Assembly: GCA_022447545.1 (NCBI GenBank)
Contig: JAKVBI010000019.1
Span: 16,274-80,273, forward strand
Reading direction: 5' to 3'
DNA: 64,000 bases
Origin: Myxococcota bacterium
Lineage (GTDB): Bacteria > Myxococcota_A > UBA9160 > SMWR01
Shown here: in pieces, positions 1 through 8,944 of the stretch
Numbering within the stretch: the stretch's first letter is position 1
Layout: each line of letters begins with the position of its first letter
Position numbers and translations under genes: made by a program
Notes under the pieces: model-generated
What the model was told of the DNA's origin: nothing
The model's database searches: none
The model's input: only the letters and a program-made list of their open reading frames with translations

Positions 1-267
1 AATGCATTACGCATCTCGAAACCGGAATTGCAAACAACAAGACAAACCCGTCTCTGAATCGAGAGATGTCCCGATACGTCGAAGCGGCTCGCAACGCACT
101 CGCTGGGAAGACCCCTACGACGGCCCCACAGAACCCGTCGTGAGCACACGAGGGACGAACGAGTGGGCCAAGCGACGCGGATTGATTCAGCAGGAGCGAT
201 ACGTCTCCAGTCGCCGGGAACGCTTTCGGTCCATCCGCTGGATCAAAGCGGACGGGTTCCATTGTTG

Positions 268-897
268 ATGCAACTACTACGACCCAAGGGAGCGCTCGCT
301 CTGAGCATTGCGACTCTCATGTCGGTTGCATTCACCGTCAGTGCATATGAAACGGCACCGCAGTATCTGATTACAATTGCTCAGGGTGTCAGCCGTGCTG
401 AGGCGCAGACCCTGATGGCGGGTAACCGCCACGTCCAATCGACCCGCAACACACGAAGCGGATCAAAGATCTCGAAACTTCGAGTGACATCCGGGAAAAC
501 TGCCCGCCTAGAATCTGGGCGCCATCTTTATGCTGTCGAAGGTATCTACACCGCCGATGCGATCAGCCGAAACCTGATGATCCCGTTTGGAACTGGAATC
601 CAAATGGAAGAAAAGCCGTTGACGCACGGGTTTTCCGTGACAGCGACTCAGCATGGACGCCAAGTCGAAATCAGCATTGAGCCGTTTCTCATGCGAGAGG
701 GGCACGATGCGCCAGAAAACCGCGAGATCCAAGAATTCAAAACAGAATTGCTGGTCGTTCCGGGGGAGTGGACCCTGGTCGGCGGCGGTGGGGATCTGCC
801 GGATCCCAGTGCCAAAGTCTACGGTACACGCTCATCGACGACTGAAAGCCTGACTCTTCTCAAAGTCGACACGGTCAGTCCGACTGTCAATCAATAG
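268..897 (+). CDS. exported hypothetical protein with secretin-core-like beta-rich region
   Basis: ORF 163..897. The ATG at 268 exposes a signal peptide (MQLLRPKGALALSIATLMSVAFTVSA/YE). Segments KLRVTSGKTARLESG, GFSVTATQHGRQVEISIEP and KTELLVVPGEWTLVGGGG follow the pattern of the secretin C-domain core. Assignment by eye only. Confidence 0.5.
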   Translation: MQLLRPKGALALSIATLMSVAFTVSAYETAPQYLITIAQGVSRAEAQTLMAGNRHVQSTRNTRSGSKISKLRVTSGKTARLESGRHLYAVEGIYTADAISRNLMIPFGTGIQMEEKPLTHGFSVTATQHGRQVEISIEPFLMREGHDAPENREIQEFKTELLVVPGEWTLVGGGGDLPDPSAKVYGTRSSTTESLTLLKVDTVSPTVNQ

Positions 898-1643
898 TAA
901 TCGTCCACGCCCCAGCGCAGTGAAAGATCTGCTTTCAGGTGCGCCATGGCCGAACGGTGGATCTGAGAGATCCGCCCTTTGGTTAACCCTAGAAGTCCAG
1001 CAATCTGAGTGAAATCCATTGCCTGGAAGTAGTGCGATCGAACGACGATGCTCTCTCGTTCGGGTAGGTTATCCAAGGCATTTACGACGATCCGTTTTGC
1101 ACGTTCGATCTGGCCACATTCGTATGGATCAGAACGCTTACGATCTACTTCCCGTTGATCACCATTCGCCATCTCGAGGAGTGCGCCGAGCGCAAGCCCC
1201 AACGTCAGATTCATGGCTCGCTCGAAGCTCTCACTTTCCGACAAACCCGAATCAGCAAGGGATTTCGATCGCTCAGAGATGACTCTTTTTCGGTAGGAAT
1301 GAAAACTCCGCCTTTCCGAGATCTTGGGGATGCTGTTCAGAATTGCCCCGCGAATTCGATAGCCAGCGAAAGTGGAGAAACTGGCACCGCGTGTCGGGTC
1401 ATAGCGATCGAGTGCTTCCAAAAGGCCCACTGTTCCGTAGTGGACGTAGTCGTCGAATTCGGCCAGACCGTCAGACCGATTCGCATAGAGCCTTCCAGCT
1501 ATTCGTTTCGTCAAGTCGAGGTGTTCTTCGAAGATCTTGCAGCGAGTCGTCTGGTCCACACCCGACCGGACGTCGTTCCAGAGTCTGGCTTCCTCATCCA
1601 GATCTCGTTTGGTGGCAAGGGAGGCTTTGTTCGAAGGGTCCAC
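891..1643 (-). CDS. fliA: flagellar sigma factor FliA (sigma-28, FliA/WhiG family)
   Basis: 250 aa. Region 2 (YVHYGTVGLLEALDRYDPTRGASFSTFAGYRIRGAI) and region 4 HTH (MDFTQIAGLLGLTKGRISQIHRSAMAHL). Last gene of the flagellar operon, 3 nt after fliP. Confidence 0.9.
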   Translation of the reverse strand: MDPSNKASLATKRDLDEEARLWNDVRSGVDQTTRCKIFEEHLDLTKRIAGRLYANRSDGLAEFDDYVHYGTVGLLEALDRYDPTRGASFSTFAGYRIRGAILNSIPKISERRSFHSYRKRVISERSKSLADSGLSESESFERAMNLTLGLALGALLEMANGDQREVDRKRSDPYECGQIERAKRIVVNALDNLPERESIVVRSHYFQAMDFTQIAGLLGLTKGRISQIHRSAMAHLKADLSLRWGVDDYY

Positions 1644-1646
1644 GGC

Positions 1647-2429
1647 CTAGACGAAACTCCCCAGTAGCGATCGGACAACGAGATTCCATCCATCGATCAA
1701 AACGAACATGAGAATTTTGATTGGAAGGGAGAGCATCATGGGTGGAACCATCAGCATTCCCATCGACATCAATATGCTCGCCACAACAATGTCAATGAGC
1801 ACGAAGGGCAGAAAGATGACGAACCCGATTTGGAAAGCCATTTTCAGTTCGCTCAACATGAAGGCGGGAATCAGCGAGGCGCTCGATACGTCATCCACCG
1901 TATCGGGCATGGGAGAGTTGGAGACTTCGAGCATCAACTCGAGGTCTTCCTCTCGAGTTTGACGAATCATGAAATCCCGAAGAGGAGACATGGCGCTTTC
2001 GAATGCTGCGTCGCTATCGATTCGATCTTCGAGAAAAGGAGTCATCGCATTCTGCTGAATCGACTGAAAGGCCGGCATCATGTTGAAGAAAGTCAAGAAC
2101 ATCGCGAGGCCGACGAGGACAGCATTGGGCGGTGTCTGCTGCATGCTGAGTGCATGACGTAGAATGGAAAGGACGACGATGATGCGAATGAACGAAGTCA
2201 TCATGATGAGAAGGGCCGGTGCGACGCTGAGTACGGTCAGGCCCAGCAGAACCTTGATCGCTGTCGAGATTCCTTCTCCGCCCTGACCGTCCGCGAAGTC
2301 AATCGAAAGGCCCGGCATCGACAGGTCGGCAGCTGCCGAATCACCGGCACCCAACAGCATTGAGATCGCAGTGGTACTGACGAGCGAAATCAATCGAGTT
2401 CGCGTCAGCAGGCTAGCCATCGCAGTCAC
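1647..2429 (-). CDS. fliP: flagellar export gate protein FliP
   Basis: 260 aa. Signal-like N-terminus, then the FliP signature LLGLTVLSVAPALLIMMTSFIRIIVVLSILRHALSMQQTPPNAVLVGLAMFLTFFNMMP. Confidence 0.95.
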   Translation of the reverse strand: MTAMASLLTRTRLISLVSTTAISMLLGAGDSAAADLSMPGLSIDFADGQGGEGISTAIKVLLGLTVLSVAPALLIMMTSFIRIIVVLSILRHALSMQQTPPNAVLVGLAMFLTFFNMMPAFQSIQQNAMTPFLEDRIDSDAAFESAMSPLRDFMIRQTREEDLELMLEVSNSPMPDTVDDVSSASLIPAFMLSELKMAFQIGFVIFLPFVLIDIVVASILMSMGMLMVPPMMLSLPIKILMFVLIDGWNLVVRSLLGSFV

Positions 2430-2880
2430 CCTTCGATGAAGGCAAATCCTCGTCGGCGTCGAAAACGTGAAGAGAGCTCAGGCGATCACCAGATTGACCC
2501 AATAGAATCTCTTTTCCGCGGGCTTGCACGAGGAGTAGTGAACTCTTGGTCGAAATTCTTTGGGTTTCGATCACTCGAATGTTCGGCTCGATGGGCCAAC
2601 CGGAGTCATTTCCATACCCCAAGCGCCGAAGTCCCAAAACACCGCCACCGACCAGTGCGAGGCCGACCGCTGTGGCTCCCGCAGTTCGAAGGAGGGTCGT
2701 TCCGGAAATCGAAGATTCTCGTCGAAACGGGATCTCCGATTCTTCGTCGACAAGTGGTGCTAGTGGGCGAACGTTCTCAGAGGATGATGCGTCAGCAACT
2801 CGAGGGAATGCGGAGAGAACAAATCCGACCAAAGTTGAAATTGCAAACAGGTATGTTGCAAACCGGATCGACTCAGTCAC
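2413..2880 (-). CDS. fliO: flagellar biosynthesis protein FliO
   Basis: Sits between fliN and fliP. TM segment (ATAVGLALVGGGVLGL) followed by IRVIETQRISTKSSLLLVQARGKEILLGQSGDRLSSL, typical of FliO. The maximal ORF reaches 2988 but would overlap fliN by 115 nt. The GTG at 2880 overlaps the fliN stop by 8 nt. Start uncertain. Confidence 0.6.
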   Translation of the reverse strand: MTESIRFATYLFAISTLVGFVLSAFPRVADASSSENVRPLAPLVDEESEIPFRRESSISGTTLLRTAGATAVGLALVGGGVLGLRRLGYGNDSGWPIEPNIRVIETQRISTKSSLLLVQARGKEILLGQSGDRLSSLHVFDADEDLPSSKGDCDG

Positions 2881-3199
2881 TCTCGACCTCGGTGATGCGA
2901 ACGCCAAAGTTGTCGTCAACTGCAACGAGAGTGCCGCGTCCGACGACCTTTCCGTCGAGGAGAACATCAACGGGGGCATCCACATCACGGTCGAGCTTGA
3001 CCACAGAGCCGTCTTTCAGGTCGAAAAGCTCTCCTACGCTCATCTCACATTCACCCATTACGACCGAAAGTCGAACTTTTACACCGCGAATGAGTTCGAG
3101 GTTGCGTCCAAAGAGTTCCTCACCATTTCCGGAATCTGGCGTCGCAGATTCTGGCTGGAGGACGGAGACAGTGGGTTCGTCTGTTTGTTCGTTCAACAT
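2873..3199 (-). CDS. fliN: flagellar motor switch protein FliN
   Basis: SpoA/FliN domain LIRGVKVRLSVVMGECEMSVGELFDLKDGSVVKLDRDVDAPVDVLLDGKVVGRGTLVAVDDNFGVRITEV. The ATG at 3199 is preceded by AGGAG and by the fliM-like stop (TGATCAGGAGTGAACACATG). Confidence 0.9.
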   Translation of the reverse strand: MLNEQTDEPTVSVLQPESATPDSGNGEELFGRNLELIRGVKVRLSVVMGECEMSVGELFDLKDGSVVKLDRDVDAPVDVLLDGKVVGRGTLVAVDDNFGVRITEVESD

Positions 3200-3213
3200 G
3201 TGTTCACTCCTGA

Positions 3214-4029
3214 TCACCCGGGCGATTCGCCCGGTGCGCCGGAGGGGCGCTTGAGTAGCAGTACACTGGCACCTTCGTGTTCGCATAGGTATGCGTCACA
3301 CGAGAGTTCGAGGTCTGGGAATTCGAATACCGAAGGGTCACTGATACCCTGGTCCAGGGAGATCACATCTCCGGCGCATAATGTCGCCAACGAGTCCAAG
3401 GGGATCTCTGCGGTTCCCACAATCGCTCTGGCTCGCACTCTCTGAACGTCCAGGCTCTCGCTGATGGGCGTCAGCGTAGACGAAGGGGTGGAGCCTTCGG
3501 CCGGGTGTTTGGAGAGGCTCTTGAGCAATGCATCAGCGAGGGCGGGGGAGAGCAGGGCGGTTATGTGTGTGTCGCCGATGGGGTGGTTTACAGCAATCAC
3601 TCCTGAACCCGGTGCGAATGCGCTATCCGGGATCGAACCGACTCCGATATGCGCACCCCCGTCGGTCTCGGAACGAGTCCCGAGAATACGCTGCGCCAGG
3701 TCGATGCTCGCTCGCTCCACGAGTTCTTGGGTCAGTGATGTACCCGGGCCCTTGGGCTCCTTTTCGAGTTCGTGGCGTGGTCGAGCAAAGAGGGCTGCAG
3801 CCAACTCTGCCTCGTCCTCAATGCGAACCGAACACCACAGGTCCCGTGATTCGGTCACGATTCGAACATTCGACCATTGGCTGGGATCCGGTGAAACTTC
3901 GAGCAGAGCCTTGACCGAAAGACCTGGTTCCATCGTCCAATCGCGTCGCCATTTGGAGAGAAGGTCCTTTAACTGACGTTCGATCGAGTCTTGTTCTCGT
4001 TTGGGTCTCAATCGGAAAGAACGGCTCAT
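3214..4029 (-). CDS. short divergent FliM-like switch protein (C-terminal SpoA/FliN-like domain)
   Basis: 271 aa in the fliM position (between flgE and fliN). C-terminus VRARAIVGTAEIPLDSLATLCAGDVISLDQ is SpoA-like. The N-terminus MSRSFRLRPKREQD lacks the LSQxEIDxLL CheY-P binding peptide. ATGA overlap with the flgE stop. Confidence 0.6.
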   Translation of the reverse strand: MSRSFRLRPKREQDSIERQLKDLLSKWRRDWTMEPGLSVKALLEVSPDPSQWSNVRIVTESRDLWCSVRIEDEAELAAALFARPRHELEKEPKGPGTSLTQELVERASIDLAQRILGTRSETDGGAHIGVGSIPDSAFAPGSGVIAVNHPIGDTHITALLSPALADALLKSLSKHPAEGSTPSSTLTPISESLDVQRVRARAIVGTAEIPLDSLATLCAGDVISLDQGISDPSVFEFPDLELSCDAYLCEHEGASVLLLKRPSGAPGESPG

Positions 4030-5240
4030 CGTCTTGACCTCGAGTTCTCGATGAGTTCTTGGATCATCTCATTTGCAGTGGTCAAAACCTGTGATGATGC
4101 TTGAAAGCCCCGCTGTACGATGATGAGCTCGGTGAATTGTTGCGTCAGCTCGACGTTCGAAATCTCGAGCGAGCTTCCTGCAATCCGGCCCATGACTCCT
4201 GTGTTGGCGACCCCCGTAATGGGTGTCAGGCCCTCGGCCGAGAACCGGCCTTCTCCAAGCTGCTCGAGATCCTGAAGGTTCTCGAACCAGGCCAGCGCAA
4301 GGCGCGCTCCACTTTCCGTGGCGCCGTTCGAGTACTGAAACTTGAGCACTCCATCTTCATCAAACTTCGAACCGGTCAGAGAACCCAGACCCCGGCCATC
4401 CTGGTTCGTGAAGGAAAGGGTTGAATCCGCTCCACCAGAAAACGAAGTGGCACCTCCGAATTCACCCGGCGTTCCGAAATCTAAAGTAACGTCGTGGGGT
4501 AGAGCATCGTCCGGAGCAAACGTAAAGGTTGCGCTCGAATAATTTTCCAGAGGCGATCCGTCGCCGCTGAAGCGGATTTCTCCGACATTGGCGATGAAAG
4601 TATCTGACTCCGTATAGGCTTCGATGAGCCAACTTCTCGAGACCACCGAACTGTTGTTCTTGAACAAAAAGCGAAGCTTATGCTCGACTCCGAGCGTGTC
4701 AAAAATCGGAACGTCTTCCACCGTGTGACTGGATGAGCCAACCGAGAGATTGTTTGCGAACGACACCTTATTGGTCGTCAAGGGTGCTGATGTTCCATAC
4801 CCAGCTCTTGTGATGACCGTGGGGTTACCATTCGCGTCGATTCCGGCGACAGGACTTCCGTCGGAAGCTATGAGGTCTCCGTTCGAGTCGAAGGAAAACT
4901 GCCCGGCACGTGTGTAGACATCCCGTTCATCGGTCTTTAGAACGAAGAACCCATTTCCCTCAAGGGCGACATCAGTGTCGTTTCCGGTGTCACGGATATC
5001 TCCTTCGTTGAAATTCACGAACGTTCCAGATGATCCGACGCCCATTCCAAGGCCGAACCTACCCTCGGGGTTGGGGCCACTCCCAATGCTCTGACGGTAG
5101 AAGAGATCATCAAAGAGAAGACCGCTTCTCTTGAATCCCGGTGTGTTCAAGTTTGCAACGTTGTTGCTCAACACGTCGAGTGAGCGGGCAAAGGTGAGCA
5201 TTCCCGACATTCCGATGTAAATGGCTCCAGGCATGCTCAA
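4026..5240 (-). CDS. flgE: flagellar hook protein FlgE
   Basis: 404 aa. N-terminal rod/hook motif GMSGMLTFARSLDVLSNNVANLNTPGFKRS and C-terminal LEISNVELTQQFTELIIVQRGFQASSQVLTTANEM. Confidence 0.9.
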   Translation of the reverse strand: MSMPGAIYIGMSGMLTFARSLDVLSNNVANLNTPGFKRSGLLFDDLFYRQSIGSGPNPEGRFGLGMGVGSSGTFVNFNEGDIRDTGNDTDVALEGNGFFVLKTDERDVYTRAGQFSFDSNGDLIASDGSPVAGIDANGNPTVITRAGYGTSAPLTTNKVSFANNLSVGSSSHTVEDVPIFDTLGVEHKLRFLFKNNSSVVSRSWLIEAYTESDTFIANVGEIRFSGDGSPLENYSSATFTFAPDDALPHDVTLDFGTPGEFGGATSFSGGADSTLSFTNQDGRGLGSLTGSKFDEDGVLKFQYSNGATESGARLALAWFENLQDLEQLGEGRFSAEGLTPITGVANTGVMGRIAGSSLEISNVELTQQFTELIIVQRGFQASSQVLTTANEMIQELIENSRSRR

Positions 5241-5662
5241 CTCTCCTCGCCGTCATTGATGATTCCTACCTGCGACAGGCCGATATCGGTCAGGAACTGT
5301 CCGGATGAGGTCTCGATGGTGAGCCTCGGTGTTCCCTCGCGATCGAAAGTGATCGTGTTGACCCGACCCACTTCGCTTCCGCCTTCCACCGCGACTTCTA
5401 CGACACGTCCGAGCAGTCGGAACGCCTGTGCGACCGTCTCGGCTCTCAAGAGTAGATTGGTGTTCTCAGATGTCTGACGGCTTTGCACCAAACTCGCGAA
5501 TTGTGCGAGCTGTGCGACGAATTCTTCATTGTCCAACGGCTTCAGAGGGTCCTGATAGGTGAACTGGGTCAGGAGAATCTCGAGAAAATCCTCCTGGCCA
5601 AGCCCGGTTTGCTCCACGGCTGTTGTTTCGTTTCCAAGTACAGCACCTACGGCTTCGATCAT
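5237..5662 (-). CDS. flgD: flagellar hook capping/assembly protein FlgD
   Basis: 141 aa. FlgD motif GQEDFLEILLTQFTYQDPLKPLDNEEFVAQLAQFASL. 4-nt overlap with the flgE start. Confidence 0.9.
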   Translation of the reverse strand: MIEAVGAVLGNETTAVEQTGLGQEDFLEILLTQFTYQDPLKPLDNEEFVAQLAQFASLVQSRQTSENTNLLLRAETVAQAFRLLGRVVEVAVEGGSEVGRVNTITFDREGTPRLTIETSSGQFLTDIGLSQVGIINDGEES

Positions 5663-5674
5663 GGGGAGCCTCCC

Positions 5675-6382
5675 TCAGTAAAAAATATCGAGTTCACGTT
5701 CATGACTACCCGGTGCATCCGATTTGGATGCCGGGCGATTTCGGTTCTCATCGACGAGCGTCTTTCCGTTCAGAGTGAATGTGGCGAGGCGTGCGCCGAG
5801 TTGGCGAATGATTTTTCGGATCGTATTTGCGAGTCGGCTTCCGGCGTCGCCGCGGAGGTTTCCATCGCGCATCAAGACATGAATCTCTCCGTCTTTGTTC
5901 ACGACCCGCGTCATAATTTCTTCGAATTCGCCCGGTGCTGCCATCGAGTTCCGCGATTGGACCACCTCGCCGGTCTGCGGGGTCCTGGCTGCGGATGCGT
6001 GTTTTGTGGCCAGAGGAGCCGCATTGGCTCGAAGGGAATTGGGACTTGCAATGGGTCTCGTAGGTTGGATTTGCGGTGTGAGGCTCGAAGAAGTGGCTTG
6101 AGTCTCGTTTTTCAGGTCCGCCGGTTGCAACGAAAAAATGGTCGTGCTTTTCTCGACTTCCGTACTTTTTTCGGGCCGGTTCGTCGACGACGTGGTTAAG
6201 TGTTCTCCCCGGTCCTTCAGATTCGAATCCTTCTTCTGATCCATCTCTTCAGGTTTGGGTTGCGCCGCAAGAAACTCTCTTTCCCAATCCAGCAGTTGGG
6301 CAAGGCGTTGCGCGGGCGTCGATCCTGAAGGTTCATCGTGTGTGACCGGGGCATTCCCCAGGTTGGTCAACAAGTCGCTCAT
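5675..6382 (-). CDS. flagellar-operon protein of unknown function (Ser/Thr/Pro-rich, in the classical FliK position)
   Basis: 235 aa between fliJ and flgD. Low-complexity S/T/P/Q-rich centre. C-terminal segment GEIHVLMRDGNLRGDAGSRLANTIRKIIRQLGARLATFTLNGK only loosely resembles a hook-length-control C-domain. 4-nt overlap with the fliJ stop. Confidence 0.55.
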   Translation of the reverse strand: MSDLLTNLGNAPVTHDEPSGSTPAQRLAQLLDWEREFLAAQPKPEEMDQKKDSNLKDRGEHLTTSSTNRPEKSTEVEKSTTIFSLQPADLKNETQATSSSLTPQIQPTRPIASPNSLRANAAPLATKHASAARTPQTGEVVQSRNSMAAPGEFEEIMTRVVNKDGEIHVLMRDGNLRGDAGSRLANTIRKIIRQLGARLATFTLNGKTLVDENRNRPASKSDAPGSHERELDIFY

Positions 6383-6831
6383 GCTCGCCCACCTCCCACG
6401 AGCCAGAGTTCATCGAGTTCTCGCTGATTACGGCGTGTTTCCTCGATGTTGGAGGTCTCGATTGTTCGTTCCATCAATTTGCTCACGGTCTCGCGCTCGC
6501 GAAAGGCGATACCCAGAAGTTCTTCGGTTTCCTTGAATTTTCCGTCGAGCGCACGGGTGTGCTCTTGGCGTTCTTCGAGTTTCTTATGGAGCGCATCCAG
6601 GAACATTCGCCCGCTATTGAGGACGCCGAGGGAGAGTTGGGCTCCATCTTTCAAGCCTCGTCGTAACTCGGACTCGAAATCTGAGATTCGGGTTGCGAGA
6701 GTTTTTTCGATGCTTCGTGATTGATCGAGTTCTGATTTCGCCTTCGAAGAAACGATGCGCGCCTGTTCGAGCGCATGGTTTCTAAATTTAAATAGGGAGT
6801 TCAGCACGCGGATTCGTCTCTTTGAACTCAT
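6379..6831 (-). CDS. fliJ: flagellar export chaperone-like protein FliJ
   Basis: 150 aa, charged and predicted coiled coil, immediately after fliI with a 4-nt overlap. Size and position fit FliJ. Confidence 0.7.
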   Translation of the reverse strand: MSSKRRIRVLNSLFKFRNHALEQARIVSSKAKSELDQSRSIEKTLATRISDFESELRRGLKDGAQLSLGVLNSGRMFLDALHKKLEERQEHTRALDGKFKETEELLGIAFRERETVSKLMERTIETSNIEETRRNQRELDELWLVGGGRA

Positions 6832-8153
6832 TCGTTACTGCCTCCCGGGTTGCGAATGAGCGAAGAAATTTCTGCGAAAGATTTCGTTCGAGATCTCGAT
6901 TCGTCTGGGTCCTGATTGAAAAACGAACGAAGTAACGGCACGAGTCGAATCGCCGCGTCGAGCTTTGGGTTGGAACCGGACCGGTAGGCTCCAATCTCGA
7001 CCATGTCCCGGTGGGTTTCGTAGGTGCTGAGAATGTCAATGGCTTCAGTGACGACTGCCCTTTGGGATTTGTCACACAGGACATGGATGAGTCTGCTGTT
7101 GCTCTGCAGGAGATCTATGGCCGGGTAATGGCCGCGATTTGCGATTTCTCGGGAAAGAACGATATGGCCATCCAGAATTGCCCGAATGCTATCCGCGACG
7201 GGGTCGTTCATGTCGTCGCCTTCGACGAGAACCGAGTAGAACGCGGTGATCGTTCCGCCACTTTTGTCGGGCCCACCCCGTTCGAGGAGTCGAGGCAGGA
7301 GTGAGAAGACCGAGGGTGTGTATCCCCTTGCCGTGGGAGGTTCGCCGACGGCTAGACCGATTTCCCGGCGCGCCATGGCGAAACGGGTAATCGAATCCAT
7401 GGCAAGCATTACGTGCTTGCCCTGATCTCGGAAATATTCGGAAATCGCCGTCGCTGCGAGAGCTGCATGAGACCGAACCAGAGCGGGTTGGTCGGGTGTC
7501 GCGACGACCACTACCGATCGCGCGAGTCCCTCGTCTCCGAGGACCTCTTCGACGAACTCCAAGACCTCCCTTCCCCGTTCACCGATCAATCCGATCACGC
7601 TGATGTCCGCGTCTGTGTGTCGTGCAATCATTCCCACAAGAATGCTCTTGCCGACCCCACTCCCAGAAAAGATTCCCACTCGTTGGCCGCGGCCCACGAC
7701 CTTGAGGGTGTCGATAGCAGCGACTCCCGTTTCAAGGGGTTCCTGGATCCGGGGGCGATCGACTGGATTACGAGGTTGAGCGAACAGCGGGTAACGAGCC
7801 TCAGCAGCAATGGGTGGACCACCATCGAGTGGTTCACCGAACGCATTGATGACTCGGCCGATGAGCGCATCGCCAACGGGTACTTCCACTGGGCGACCCG
7901 TTGCGATTACTTCGCTTCCCAATCGCATGCCGTATGTATCGCTATGGGGCATCAAAAGGACACGGCCCTCTCGAATGCCCACCACCTCTGCCGACGTGAC
8001 GGAATCTCCATCGTGAATCTGACAACATTCTCCGAGGAAGACGTCGGGACCGTCCGATTCCATCACGAGACCCGCGAATTGCCGAATTCGACCAATGCGA
8101 CGCACGAAATCCTGAGACTCGATGGCGTGGAAGTAATTCGTGGCCGAAGCCAT
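6828..8153 (-). CDS. fliI: flagellum-specific ATPase FliI
   Basis: Walker A GRGQRVGIFSGSGVGKS, Walker B region HVMLAMDSITRFA. The ATG at 8153 shares one base with the fliH stop (TAATG). The upstream extension to 8267 is rejected. Confidence 0.95.
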   Translation of the reverse strand: MASATNYFHAIESQDFVRRIGRIRQFAGLVMESDGPDVFLGECCQIHDGDSVTSAEVVGIREGRVLLMPHSDTYGMRLGSEVIATGRPVEVPVGDALIGRVINAFGEPLDGGPPIAAEARYPLFAQPRNPVDRPRIQEPLETGVAAIDTLKVVGRGQRVGIFSGSGVGKSILVGMIARHTDADISVIGLIGERGREVLEFVEEVLGDEGLARSVVVVATPDQPALVRSHAALAATAISEYFRDQGKHVMLAMDSITRFAMARREIGLAVGEPPTARGYTPSVFSLLPRLLERGGPDKSGGTITAFYSVLVEGDDMNDPVADSIRAILDGHIVLSREIANRGHYPAIDLLQSNSRLIHVLCDKSQRAVVTEAIDILSTYETHRDMVEIGAYRSGSNPKLDAAIRLVPLLRSFFNQDPDESRSRTKSFAEISSLIRNPGGSNE

Positions 8154-8944
8154 TAGCCGACCTCCACGACGAGGTTTTGTCGAGTCGTTCGCACTGCGTT
8201 GCGTAGACGTTCGACCTGCAACTCCAGTCGGCCATCGAGCGTTCCGCCACTCCATTCCACTAAACAACCGCCGAGTTCAATCTTGGGATCCGAGACGATC
8301 TGGATGCGTTCGCCGATGGAGGCGGAAAATCTTTCATCTCTGGAAAACATTGCGTGATCTTCGGTTGAAAGGTGGACCGAGAGCACGTCTTCCGACTCGA
8401 TTTCCGAGCAGACGGTTTTGACCGATGCGGCGATCCCTTCTCGAGTAGAAAATGCATTCCCAAGAACTTTGCAGAGACCAGCCATTACGGCCTCTGCGAT
8501 TGCATCTTCTTCGCGTTGCAAGCGCTCTCCAGTTGCAAGGTTCAAGGATTCGATGATGCGACTAGCGCGTTCAATTTCCGATTCCAGTTCCTGCTTTCCT
8601 GCTTCGACCCCCTCGGATCGTCCAGCGGCGAAGCCAGCTTCGTGAGCGGAATTTCGCTCGTCTGCCACCGTTGCCCGTAGTTGCTCGAGTTCTTTCTGTG
8701 CCTCCACTTCTGATTTTCGCGCGTCGGCGAGGCGAGCCTCGAATCGAGAAGTGATCTGTTGTTCTAATTCCGCCAGGCGCTCTTCGAAACCCATCGAGGT
8801 GGGTTCGTCAACGGTCACGACTTCTTGCGGTTTCGGTTCATCGGAAGGGACCGCTGTCTGAACATCCTCCTCTTCGTTACCGCCGGGGCGAGGAAGGATT
8901 CGCGGCCGCGTCTGGAGTTTGGGAGACCGAATTAGCGCGCCCAC
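8153..8944 (-). CDS. fliH: flagellar assembly protein FliH
   Basis: 263 aa. Charged coiled-coil centre and C-terminal IQIVSDPKIELGGCLVEWSGGTLDGRLELQVERL, typical of FliH. Precedes fliI. Confidence 0.8.
   Translation of the reverse strand: MGALIRSPKLQTRPRILPRPGGNEEEDVQTAVPSDEPKPQEVVTVDEPTSMGFEERLAELEQQITSRFEARLADARKSEVEAQKELEQLRATVADERNSAHEAGFAAGRSEGVEAGKQELESEIERASRIIESLNLATGERLQREEDAIAEAVMAGLCKVLGNAFSTREGIAASVKTVCSEIESEDVLSVHLSTEDHAMFSRDERFSASIGERIQIVSDPKIELGGCLVEWSGGTLDGRLELQVERLRNAVRTTRQNLVVEVG

Noticed and set aside
2-268. 88-aa plus-strand ORF at the window start
   Set aside because: It is Arg/Lys-rich with no motif. It probably belongs to the non-coding region upstream of the exported protein gene, and it cannot be judged at the window edge.
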